Part shown: piece after piece, positions 39,183 to 49,065 of the stretch | How the letters are laid out: the number at the start of each line of letters is the position of its first letter | Numbering within the stretch: position 1 is the stretch's first letter | Assembly (NCBI GenBank): GCA_048937405.1 | Contig: JBHLNF010000002.1 | Coordinates: 32,001-96,000, forward strand | Origin: Promethearchaeota archaeon | Lineage (GTDB): Archaea; Asgardarchaeota; Lokiarchaeia; Sigyniarchaeales; SOKP01 | Length of the DNA stretch: 64,000 nt | Direction: 5' to 3' | Notes under the pieces: generated by a model | What the model was told of the DNA's origin: nothing | Database searches by the model: none | What the model saw: the letters and a program-made list of their open reading frames with translations, nothing else | Made by a program: the position numbers and the translations under genes

Positions 39183-40529
39183 TTGATAAAAATGGGAAAG
39201 ATTTTAGATCTTGCTGAGGATCTATGGGTTGGGAAAAAAGACACTTATTCTTATCATCCCTTTGGAGTACCTCGTGGTCTTGAACTCATAAATGAATATA
39301 ATTCGCAACGAACATGGTTTTACCGAGGCTTTTCTAATTCCATAGTAAGAGAGACTAGTGAAGGATTAGTGATTATTGACCCTGGAGCAATTTTTGATGT
39401 TTACTCCAAATTTAAAGCTATACGAGAAGTAACACCCCTACAAGTAAATACCGTAATATATACACATGGGCATGTTGATCATGTTGGAATGAAACCTTAC
39501 CTTGAGGAATGTGAAAATAACAATTGGTCGAAACCTCAAGTTATTGGTCACGAGGCAGTTAGTCATCGTTTCGACCGATATAAGTTAACCGCTTCATGGA
39601 ATGGTTTTATTAATTCAAGACAATTTAGAGGTTCCAATGGTACACCTGCTACACCTACTTATAATATAGATTTTTACTATCCAAATGTTACTTATAATGA
39701 AAAATTAGAAATTCAAATTGGAGATGTGAAAGTCCAATTAAAACACTCAAGAGGAGAAACTGATGATCACACATGGGTGTATTTTCCCGATTCAAAGATA
39801 TTATGCACAGGAGATCTATTCATTTGGGCAATACCGAATGGTGGTAATCCTCAAAAAGTTCAACGCTATGCTCATGAATGGGCTTTAGCATTAAACGAAA
39901 TGAAAGAATATAAACCTGAAATATTATGTCCTGGACACGGAGTTCCAATCGTTGGACAAGAAAGAATTAATGAAGCTTTAGATAACACTGCATTATTGTT
40001 GGAATCACTTCACAATCAAACAATATCCCTTATGAATAAGGGTATATCATTAGATACTATTATTCATACAATAAAAATTCCTGAAGAATTACTTAAAAAA
40101 CCCTATCTTCAACCGGTTTATGATGAACCTGAATTTATTGTAAGAAATATATGGAGATTATTTGGAGGTTGGCATGACGGTACTCCATCTCATTTAAAAC
40201 CTGCTCCTGAAATTGATCAAGCAAAAGAGATTGCAAATCTTGCAGGAGGAGCAAAAAAACTGGCTGAGAGGGCGTTAGAACTTATGAATGCTGGCAAATT
40301 AAGGCTAGCATGTCATATAGCTGAATGGGCTTGGTTAAACTCACCCAATGATAAACATATCAGTGAAATTGCTTCGAAAGTATTTATCACCCGAGCTAAG
40401 TTGGAAAATTCAACTATGGCAGTTGGTATCTATTTAGCAGCAGCTAGAAAAATGGGTGGTAACCCCGAAAAAGAAATGCCTGGGAATACTGTTATGCAAT
40501 CTCAAGAATTAAGAACTAAGAAAAAATAA
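39183..40529 (+). CDS. Alkyl-sulfatase-like metallo-beta-lactamase with dimerisation domain
   Basis: THGHVDH, GETDD, GNPQK.QRY, PGHG and GWHDG.P motifs. Confidence 0.85.
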   Translation: MIKMGKILDLAEDLWVGKKDTYSYHPFGVPRGLELINEYNSQRTWFYRGFSNSIVRETSEGLVIIDPGAIFDVYSKFKAIREVTPLQVNTVIYTHGHVDHVGMKPYLEECENNNWSKPQVIGHEAVSHRFDRYKLTASWNGFINSRQFRGSNGTPATPTYNIDFYYPNVTYNEKLEIQIGDVKVQLKHSRGETDDHTWVYFPDSKILCTGDLFIWAIPNGGNPQKVQRYAHEWALALNEMKEYKPEILCPGHGVPIVGQERINEALDNTALLLESLHNQTISLMNKGISLDTIIHTIKIPEELLKKPYLQPVYDEPEFIVRNIWRLFGGWHDGTPSHLKPAPEIDQAKEIANLAGGAKKLAERALELMNAGKLRLACHIAEWAWLNSPNDKHISEIASKVFITRAKLENSTMAVGIYLAAARKMGGNPEKEMPGNTVMQSQELRTKKK

Positions 40530-40775
40530 TTTTAAGAAACTTAGAAATTAGCATGAAATTTTAACAATTCCTCTCACCTACTTTTTTCTTTCCTTGTAAT
40601 ATTTTTAAACTTATTTTTGTTTAGAATCTATTATAGAAAATAGTTTAAAAAAGAATTTAGGTATAAACTAAAAATATTATTAATTTACAAAATTTCTTTT
40701 CTCATCTGTGAACTATTTAAAAAATACATAAGATTTTTTACATGGTTTAAAAACATCTTAAATTTTGTTAGACCC

Positions 40776-41936
40776 ATGATTGAAGAATCCCGAATTAAAG
40801 AAAATCTTAAAAAGTTTGCTTTTCCTCGATTATCTGGAACTGAATTTGAATTTAAAGCATTTAACATGCTAAAAGAGGAAGTAGAAAAGTTAAATCTAGA
40901 ATATGAAATCCAACCATTTACATTTAGTTCTTTTTACTCGAGGATATATCCTAAAATAGCATTTTTATCTGTTACTTTAATTTTTCCTTTATTATATTTA
41001 GAAATTTTGATAGCTATATCTATAATTCCAATACTTATATTACTAATTTTATTGGTTACATCCATATTGTTAACGAGAAATCCTGAAAAAATTCAATTTT
41101 TTTTCAGATTAAGTTCACAGAACCTCCTTGTAAAGATTAAGTCCATTTCAAACGATATTAGGAATAAAGATAGAATTGCTTTGTTCATAAGTCATATAGA
41201 TTCTAAGAGTCAAAGATTTGGAGTCAAAAAACGTATAAGACTAATTAAGCTTTGGATCTCCTCATCAATTACTCTAGTGTTTATCATTATCCTCAAAAAC
41301 TTGATTTTCGTTGAATTTAAAATAATCTTTTATATTATCGGGGTGGTTCCTTTAATAACTAATATATTGTCCTCGATAATAACACTTCTTAACACTACAG
41401 ATAACAAATCTAATGGAGCAATTGATAACGCGTCAGGGATTACCTGCAACTTAGAAATAATTAACTATTACAATATTCCTGAAAATAGATTACAAAATTA
41501 TAATATGTGGTTTCTATTTACTGGCGCTGAGGAATGTGGAACAATGGGTATTAGATTTTTTTATAATAATCTGAAAAATTTTAATCCTAATAAATCAATA
41601 ATTTATGATTTTGAATCCATAGCTAATTATGTATTTCTATGGCCGGGGAAAAATGAAGGGGAGCATGCTAAAAGTATTGATCTACTACTTTTAAATAATG
41701 AAAGAAATCTTCAAATTAATCATTTCCCTTCAAAAAGGGTTCTAGGTACACATTCAGATGGAGGCTTTTTAGGAGATAGGGGTTTTCAAGGATTTGGTAT
41801 TGGAGGTGTGGAATGGTATACTTATATACATACTCCTAATGATACAATCGATAAAATTGACACAAAAATTTTAAAGGACTTATGTCTGGTTCTTACTGAT
41901 GCAATGAAAGAGCACGATTCCAAATTCATTATATAA
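40776..41936 (+). CDS. M28 family metallopeptidase, membrane-anchored
   Basis: SHIDS, GAIDNASG, GAEE.G, SD and IHT..D motifs. Confidence 0.85.
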   Translation: MIEESRIKENLKKFAFPRLSGTEFEFKAFNMLKEEVEKLNLEYEIQPFTFSSFYSRIYPKIAFLSVTLIFPLLYLEILIAISIIPILILLILLVTSILLTRNPEKIQFFFRLSSQNLLVKIKSISNDIRNKDRIALFISHIDSKSQRFGVKKRIRLIKLWISSSITLVFIIILKNLIFVEFKIIFYIIGVVPLITNILSSIITLLNTTDNKSNGAIDNASGITCNLEIINYYNIPENRLQNYNMWFLFTGAEECGTMGIRFFYNNLKNFNPNKSIIYDFESIANYVFLWPGKNEGEHAKSIDLLLLNNERNLQINHFPSKRVLGTHSDGGFLGDRGFQGFGIGGVEWYTYIHTPNDTIDKIDTKILKDLCLVLTDAMKEHDSKFII

Positions 41937-42133
41937 ATTATAAATAAAACTCGTTTAAAAAGAATTTTTATCACTTGCGTTTTGCTTCAAATGAGAACAT
42001 ATTTTTCATCATTTCTGTCTAAAAAGTCTAAGATAATTTTAAGAAATATTCTTGTTTTAATATGTTCATCATAACGGCTTTTAGATATTTGCCAATCTAA
42101 AATTTAACTTATTAAAAGAAAGATGTAAAAAAT

Positions 42134-42481
42134 TTATAATATATTTTTAATTTTTCTAGCTAACTCTTGAGCATCCGCCTCTGAACTTTCAAGAATCTTG
42201 AACATCTCTTCAGGGGCAACTATTAAAGCCGCATCAATAAGCTTTTGAAAGCCTATTAGGGTATTTATACGCTCATTCTTCTGCAAATGAAAAATTACCA
42301 TCCCTAATTGATTTTTAAGTTTTCCCTTCTCTGAGTTCAATGCTATTCGTAAAAGTGCTGGACATACCTCCTCCAATGTCTCATGACTCACCTTCCGAGC
42401 ATACTCATAAATTTGGGTTCGCTGAATATCTGTGAGTTTTTCAACTTTTTCTTCTATTTTCGTAATACTTTCCATTTTCAT
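42134..42481 (-). CDS. Hypothetical helical protein
   Basis: 115-aa ORF with coding-like composition. Confidence 0.6.
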   Translation of the reverse strand: MKMESITKIEEKVEKLTDIQRTQIYEYARKVSHETLEEVCPALLRIALNSEKGKLKNQLGMVIFHLQKNERINTLIGFQKLIDAALIVAPEEMFKILESSEADAQELARKIKNIL

Positions 42482-43064
42482 TACTCACTTCCTACTTTTT
42501 TGATTTTAATTTTTTCTTTTTTTATATTTTTTTGCTATTTCTATAATTATCACTCTTATATTTAAATGTTTTCCGTCAGAATTCCTCTCAAAAAGTACGG
42601 AAAAAGTCATAATCAAAATTATAATATTTTTTATTGCAACAAAATGACGAAAAAATTATTTTTGATTTTAATCAATTTTTTTTGACAAAACAGTACTATT
42701 ATTCTTTTTAATCTAGACCTGAAGAAATAAAATCGGAATGTATTTAACCGAAAAATGCATACTTTGATATAGATAGTAACTTCTCAGTCATATGACGACC
42801 AAAAAATGATCAACAACAAACACTCTTCTTTTACCCATCGATAGAATCGATCACAATTGCCGTTTTCCATAACTAAAAACCGTTATTATATCGAATTATA
42901 AATGATTAAAATTGATAAAACTAATTATTATATTCATTAATTCTGGAGGAATTATATAAAAGATTGATCGTTATATCGCAACATTATGATCGGAAAGCGT
43001 CAATTTTATATACTGTTTTTTATTTTCATAAATTGTAGAACAAAAAAGTGAACGAGGAATTAAA

Positions 43065-43334
43065 ATGAATTTTGATGAGAAGGAAGAAAAGTTGGATAGA
43101 GTAATGGAGAGATATAAAAATATTCGGGAAGCTTTAGCAGGGTTAAGCGATATAATCACGATAAAATTTAATGAAAAAGACTTCTATTATGCCGCTGCAG
43201 TTGATAATTTAAAAGCGTTGCATGATAATATAGTAGAAGTCTTAAAATCTTCTTTTACACCTCGTGAGATTCGGATTCGATTAAGGGAATTGGAGTTTGA
43301 TGAGCAAGAAGCCGAGAAAGTGTTTCCATTATAA
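43065..43334 (+). CDS. Small hypothetical protein whose 3' end is duplicated downstream
   Basis: 89-aa ORF preceded by GAGG. Confidence 0.65.
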   Translation: MNFDEKEEKLDRVMERYKNIREALAGLSDIITIKFNEKDFYYAAAVDNLKALHDNIVEVLKSSFTPREIRIRLRELEFDEQEAEKVFPL

Positions 43335-43335
43335 A
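43243..43335 (+). repeat. 93-bp direct repeat, copy 1
   Basis: 85/93 identical to 46342-46434 by manual alignment. Confidence 0.9.
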
Positions 43336-43591
43336 TATGAAAAATCTGTTTTTGTCATATTATTTTGATTTAAATTTTTAGAAGAAAAAAGCTATATTTT
43401 AGTTATAGTTACATTACTTTCATTATTCTACTGATTTAAAAAACTTATTATTTAATTTCACCAAATTTTGGAGTATAGAAATTTTAAGTAGATGACATAT
43501 TTGATCGTTTCTGATATTAGAATTAGTATTTTATAGTCTGTTATATTATAACAATGTTTTCTACAAAATGAATATGCTCTAAAATTGTTCT

Positions 43592-46249
43592 TCAATAATA
43601 TATAGGAAATAATACTACTTGAGGTAAAAAGAAGAATTGGAAAATTAATGAATATAAAGGTAAATTAGTTAGAAAAGTTAAGTATAAAATATACTGGAGT
43701 ACTATGGCTGGTAAAACACTATTCGCTTTAAAACTTAAATATGCAAATAAAGAACTTATAGTAAAAATGATTGGTACAATAATGCCAGCATACAAAAATA
43801 AAAGAATAACTAAATAACTAAATGGCATATAAGATGGATTTTCAAAAAAAATTAAAAATACCAATGTTATACTAGAAAAAAGGGAAAATAATAAACTATC
43901 AAATAATATTGCTTTTTTGGCATTATAGATCTCCAAAAAAATTGTTAAAATAATACCATGAAAAAATATTTCTTGCCAAAATATATTGGAGAATATTAAA
44001 CCTACATTAAAAATCTCATAGTAATCTATGAAAATAAATGGTATTTGGATACGCAGAGCAAGAAATAATGAATATATTATTGAAAATACAAAAAATGGAA
44101 CTAGAAGAATCCAAAAAAAATATTTTAACCGTGTTTTAGGCCAACCAATTTTAAAACCCGCTAAGTATTGAGGGATTGGGTGAACTTCAGTTTGTAATTT
44201 AACGATTTTAGTAATTATAATAATAAATACTACAATAGAACTTAAATTATAAATTGATAATATTAAAAATATTAACCACCAATCAATATAATAAAAATAA
44301 TAATAATAAGGCAAAAATGATTGAATTAAAAATCTTAATAAGTAGATGGTCCCAAAATACAATGCTATTAATATAAGAAGGGTTTTCCCTGGATTATTTG
44401 AAAAATATGTAATTTTAACTTCTTTTATAAATTCAGGTTTAAAGTTAGGGAGAGTTTTTAATTTTGGAATATGAGGAAAAATTGTGTTTAATAGAAGGAT
44501 GATAAAGAAAAGCCCTATAATCGAACCTGATAAAAAATAATAAATTAAATTAAGAAATTCTTCATAAACAAAAGACACAATAAAGCAAAATATTATTCCA
44601 AATGATACAAGATATTGTATTCCTATAATTAACCCCCATTTTTGATAACGACTTTCTGGATTAACCTCTTCAATAACATAATAACTTCTAAATTTACTGA
44701 AAAATAGAATTCTAAGATTAAATGTCAGAAGAATAAAAAACCAACTTAATGGGAGGCAAGTTATTACTGTCAACAGTAGACCTAAGAATTTGTCTGAAGA
44801 AATAAATAGTAAAACTGGACAAAAAACAGCAAGAGTTTGAAGAAAAATTAATAAAATTATCTTCGCTTTAGCTCGTTGGCGATAATTGATAGGTAATGAA
44901 GCAAGAATAGATTCTCCAGAAGTTTCTATGTTTATTATGCCATTTACTATCATTATTGAGATAACTGGGAAAATTATTAACAGGCATATAAAATTTGAAA
45001 AGTAATCTCTCTCTATCAGGAATTCTTCTTCGATACTAGTAATATTAAAAAAGAATATAAAAAGACATGAAAAAACTATTGGCGTTATCATAGCAGAAAA
45101 CGATTTAAGATCTCTCAAAGCAATGGATAAATCTTTTCGTAGATAAGCTATAGTTGGCGATCGTGTTTTAATTTTGACTTGGGGTTCTTCTGTGAACGTA
45201 TCAGCTTTAATCCCTCTCTTAATTTCTTTAAATTTAGAATAAGTAGTCCTTTCAAGAGATTTTGATGCTTGTAAATGAATCAAGCAAGTTAAACAAATAA
45301 ATATTATTAATCCAATAAACATATTTATACAGAAAACCATAGGCATTTGTTTATTCATAATAAAAAATGAGATCAAGCAACTTGGATTAATTGGATATGG
45401 TATCATACTAATAACTGTAATTAGTTTTGAAATGTCATTAATTTCAATAATTATATTGACAAAATTATCAAGTGAAAATAATAACCACTGTATCATATAA
45501 ATTCCTCCAAGAATTATTATCACATGACTCAGATTATGAATAACTTGAATAGTAAATCCTCCTTTAGAGCTAATCTCATTAAAATTTGAGATTCTATTAA
45601 GTCTTTCTCCAAATATAATAACGATATCGAAAGAAAATATAAGATTCAATATTGAAACTATGAGAGATACGAAAAAAACAAGGATACTTTCAGTAAAAAT
45701 GAATAATGTAATTGGTGATGCTAAGATTATAACTACTATTGGAATATCAAAAGTTCGAAAAAGAGTTAAAAAAGATAATTTTCTTAACTTATCTCTTGGA
45801 ATGGGAAAAGTTTCAAACCATTTAAAATGTTTACCTGAAAATATTATACCAGATTCTAATAAACCCATTAAAAAAAAATTAAAAAATTGTAAGCCAAAGA
45901 ATAATGAAAAGATTATTCCACCAAGCAATATTATTTTATCTATAGAAACGTCAAAAATTAAAAGAGTTTCAATTGTCCTTATATAACTAAATATAGGTAC
46001 AAAAGGTAAAATGCCAAAAACTAATGCATAAATGATTTTATAGATTAATACTTTTATTTTGAGAATGTTTTGGTTTACTGAATATTTTTCCAGAATTGGT
46101 AATTGATATATTCCCTTAGATCGAAGCCATGATTCGAGATAGATTTCTCTATTAATATATTTTGCTAAAGAAAATAAATTAAGTTTACTGTTTGAGAGAA
46201 AATTCTTTTTTCTTTCACTTCTTTTTTTTAAAACGTCTATAAAGGGCAT
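43592..46249 (-). CDS. Polytopic membrane protein: putative ABC-exporter-type permease fused to a degenerate CPBP (Abi) domain
   Basis: About 20 TM segments; AYLRKDL...LRD segment; C-terminal FWQEIFFHG and S..PAI.LQ. Confidence 0.6.
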   Translation of the reverse strand: MPFIDVLKKRSERKKNFLSNSKLNLFSLAKYINREIYLESWLRSKGIYQLPILEKYSVNQNILKIKVLIYKIIYALVFGILPFVPIFSYIRTIETLLIFDVSIDKIILLGGIIFSLFFGLQFFNFFLMGLLESGIIFSGKHFKWFETFPIPRDKLRKLSFLTLFRTFDIPIVVIILASPITLFIFTESILVFFVSLIVSILNLIFSFDIVIIFGERLNRISNFNEISSKGGFTIQVIHNLSHVIIILGGIYMIQWLLFSLDNFVNIIIEINDISKLITVISMIPYPINPSCLISFFIMNKQMPMVFCINMFIGLIIFICLTCLIHLQASKSLERTTYSKFKEIKRGIKADTFTEEPQVKIKTRSPTIAYLRKDLSIALRDLKSFSAMITPIVFSCLFIFFFNITSIEEEFLIERDYFSNFICLLIIFPVISIMIVNGIINIETSGESILASLPINYRQRAKAKIILLIFLQTLAVFCPVLLFISSDKFLGLLLTVITCLPLSWFFILLTFNLRILFFSKFRSYYVIEEVNPESRYQKWGLIIGIQYLVSFGIIFCFIVSFVYEEFLNLIYYFLSGSIIGLFFIILLLNTIFPHIPKLKTLPNFKPEFIKEVKITYFSNNPGKTLLILIALYFGTIYLLRFLIQSFLPYYYYFYYIDWWLIFLILSIYNLSSIVVFIIIITKIVKLQTEVHPIPQYLAGFKIGWPKTRLKYFFWILLVPFFVFSIIYSLFLALRIQIPFIFIDYYEIFNVGLIFSNIFWQEIFFHGIILTIFLEIYNAKKAILFDSLLFSLFSSITLVFLIFFENPSYMPFSYLVILLFLYAGIIVPIIFTISSLFAYLSFKANSVLPAIVLQYILYLTFLTNLPLYSLIFQFFFLPQVVLFPIYY

Positions 46250-46341
46250 ATTGGATGTATTTTTAATGAAGTATAATTTGGACCTCTAAAATATGCTATA
46301 TACTATTCCTTTACTTAAAAAATTTCTAAAAAAAAATAAAA

Positions 46342-46434
46342 TAAAATCTTCTTTTACCCCTGGCGAGATTCGGATTCGATTAAGAAAATTGGAGTTTGAT
46401 GAGCAAGAAGCCGAGAAAATATTTCCTTTATAAA
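46342..46434 (+). repeat. 93-bp direct repeat, copy 2 (orphan gene 3' end)
   Basis: taaaatcttcttttac...gagattcggattcgattaag...ttggagtttgatgagcaagaagccgagaaa...tataaa. Confidence 0.9.
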
Positions 46435-47002
46435 AAATATAATTTTTAGCTTTAAATTAATTTTTAACTTTTATTTTTTAGATGAGAGTTATTATTTTAA
46501 ATAATTTAATTCCGTAAAATTTCTTTCAGGAGTTTTTCTGTAAATTCTTTAAATTTGTCTATTTTTTACTTTTAGAAAAAAAATTCAGGATGAATTTAAA
46601 TCTACACATAGTTCGTTTGCGATGAGAAGCAAAGCTTTTTTAAGGGAGATAGCTCTATAACAGTTTTTATTTTTCTGTATAACCATGTTATAAAGCTCTT
46701 TTCTTGAAAGACCTGTATCTTTTATTAATTTTATGATAAAATCTTCAACGGTCATTATTATATAAATTTTATAATCTTAACTTTTTATGTCGTATGTCTC
46801 TGTAAATTTTTAAAAATTTTTCTTATGAACTTTCAATATAAAAGTACTTTTTATTTCTTTTTTTATCAATTTTCAATTTTAATTGATTCTTTTAGTCAAT
46901 AGTCAATTTTTTATTTTATATCTTTTTTTTTTAAATAATTCAAATATTTTTGTAAATTTTAAAAAAAATTGCGTCCATAACAAAATTGGGTGAATTTAAA
47001 GT

Positions 47003-48961
47003 ATGAACACACTGGAACATTTATTAAAACCAATTAAAATCAGGACTTTAGAGATTCCAAACCGTTTGGTAATGCCACCTATGGGAACAGGGCTTGGAAA
47101 TTCGGATGGCACGGTAAGTGATGCGAATATAGCCTACATGGCACGTAGGGCTAAGAGTAGAGCAGGACTCATCATTACCGAGATCACGGAGGTACATCCC
47201 TCGGGATCGGTGAGTCCCGTCTGCTTGGGCATATGGGATGACAAATTTATCCCTGGGCTGAGCAAGTTGGCTGCCGTGGTGCATGCAGAGGGGAGCAAGA
47301 TAGCTATGCAACTCCATCACTGTGGTCGTGAGAGCTATTTGAAGACAAAGAACCATACCGCAATTGGTCCGTCCGCTGTACCAAGTTATATTTATGGATT
47401 TTTGGGCAGTCCACGCGAGATGACCTTAGCAGAGATAAAGGAAACCATCGTTTCCTTCGGTACAGCAGCCAAACGCGCGGTAGTTGCTGGTTTTGATGCG
47501 GTCGAGCTCCATGGTGCGCATGGTTACCTTCTCATGCAATTTCTGTCAGCTCACTCCAATAAACGTACCGACGAGTATGGCGGGGACTTCAAGGCACGGG
47601 CCCGCTTCATGATCGAGTGCTTACAAGAGGTACGCAATCAGGTAGGCAGTGGCTTCCCCATCTCAATAAGGCTATCAGGCGAGGAATGCATCGTGGATGG
47701 ATACAAAATCAACGATATCAAGACTATCATCCCGGACTTGGTCAATGCGGGTGCGGACATTATTCACGTGTCATTTAGTACCCATGCAAATTTTAAAGTA
47801 AGTACTGATACCCCGAATGCGAGTGCCCCGGTGGAATATGAACAGGGATTCAAGGTGAATCTTGCTCGTCAGATCAAGGAAGTTACCAAGGTTCCGGTTA
47901 TTGCAGTCGGGCGTTTCACGGATCCTTATTTCATGGACAAAGTAATCGAGCGGGGGGATGCAGATTTCGTTGCTGTAGGGCGTCAGCATCTTGCAGATCC
48001 AGATTTTCTAAAGAATGCCCGAGAGGGGCATCCAGAAGACACTTTCGAGTGCCTAGCCTGCAATCAGGGGTGTATTGAACGAGAGATAATAGAAGTTAAA
48101 TCTATCCGCTGTGCTATCAACCCAGAAACTGGTCAAGAAACGATATATCCTCAAAAACGAGCTGACAAGAGTCGAACGGTATGGATTGTGGGCGGAGGCC
48201 CAGCTGGTCTTATGGCAGCATTTGAGACTGCTCGGTTAGGACACAAGGTCACCCTCTTCGAGCGGGAAAAGAATACCGGTGGGCAGATTCGATATGCCCA
48301 ACAAGCGCCTCATAAGGCGGTATATGGAAGGTGGATTAACACGCTCACCCGCAGATGCACAAAAAATAGAGCGATCATTAAAACTGGAACTGAAGTTACC
48401 GAAAAGATGATTGAACAGGGCAAGCCAGAAGTCGTTATTCTGGCTAGTGGTGCTGATAAAGCCGAATGTCCCGTAGAGGGGATCACGAATTCGATCGTGT
48501 GCGATGCATGGCAGATTTTAAATGGTGAAGTTAAACCTAAAAACCACGCTTTGGTCATCGGTGGCGGTCTAGTCGGCATGGAAACAGCAGACTTCCTTTG
48601 CGAGAAAGGGATTGAAGACGTAACATTGGTCGAGATTTTAACCAAACCGCCGGTGACTCCCATTTCTGCTCATGGTACAATGTTATACCGACGGTTGAAT
48701 GCTGCGGGAGCAAAACTCATGTTCAATACCCAAATCCAAAAGATCGAGGCAGCATCTGTTGTTATAAGTATTGACGGGAAAGAACACCGGCTTGAACCCA
48801 TCGACCAGGTAATAGTAGCAGTTGGGGTCACACCGAGGAACGACCTTAAAGAATTTCTCAAACAGAAGGGAATCCGCCATTTCATCGTCGGAGATGCGGA
48901 CAAACCCCGCCGTATTATTGAAGCGACCGAAGAAGGCGCAAAAGCGGCCTGGCAGATCTAA
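47003..48961 (+). CDS. NADH:flavin oxidoreductase (OYE-like TIM barrel with FeS and FAD domains; 2,4-dienoyl-CoA reductase/BaiCD-like)
   Basis: NR.VMPPM, QL.H.GR, HGAHGYL..QFLS, N.RTDEYGG, C.ACNQGC..C.INP and GGGPAG motifs. Confidence 0.92.
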   Translation: MNTLEHLLKPIKIRTLEIPNRLVMPPMGTGLGNSDGTVSDANIAYMARRAKSRAGLIITEITEVHPSGSVSPVCLGIWDDKFIPGLSKLAAVVHAEGSKIAMQLHHCGRESYLKTKNHTAIGPSAVPSYIYGFLGSPREMTLAEIKETIVSFGTAAKRAVVAGFDAVELHGAHGYLLMQFLSAHSNKRTDEYGGDFKARARFMIECLQEVRNQVGSGFPISIRLSGEECIVDGYKINDIKTIIPDLVNAGADIIHVSFSTHANFKVSTDTPNASAPVEYEQGFKVNLARQIKEVTKVPVIAVGRFTDPYFMDKVIERGDADFVAVGRQHLADPDFLKNAREGHPEDTFECLACNQGCIEREIIEVKSIRCAINPETGQETIYPQKRADKSRTVWIVGGGPAGLMAAFETARLGHKVTLFEREKNTGGQIRYAQQAPHKAVYGRWINTLTRRCTKNRAIIKTGTEVTEKMIEQGKPEVVILASGADKAECPVEGITNSIVCDAWQILNGEVKPKNHALVIGGGLVGMETADFLCEKGIEDVTLVEILTKPPVTPISAHGTMLYRRLNAAGAKLMFNTQIQKIEAASVVISIDGKEHRLEPIDQVIVAVGVTPRNDLKEFLKQKGIRHFIVGDADKPRRIIEATEEGAKAAWQI

Positions 48962-48971
48962 TCCGGAGACT

Positions 48972-48990
48972 AAGGTTGGACAGTAACCTT
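48972..48990 (+). terminator. Hairpin after the oxidoreductase gene
   Basis: aaggtt-N7-aacctt inside the GC-richer tail of the acquired segment. Confidence 0.3.
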
Positions 48991-49065
48991 GATCTTCAGA
49001 AATAATTTATGTTGTCTCTTGAAATATTCCTTAATTTTTTAAAAATTAATATTGTGATTAAAATT

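Noticed and set aside
41960-42110. Short minus-strand protein-like stretch (WQISKSRYDEHIKTRIF...)
   Set aside because: It has no start codon or recognisable family, so the evidence is too weak.
43243-46434. Repeat pair as a DGR template/variable repeat
   Set aside because: Only 4 of the 8 mismatches involve an adenine in the putative template, and no reverse transcriptase gene is present in the window.
46600-46700. SECIS-like ATGA...GA hairpin
   Set aside because: The stems are too short and no selenoprotein ORF is nearby.
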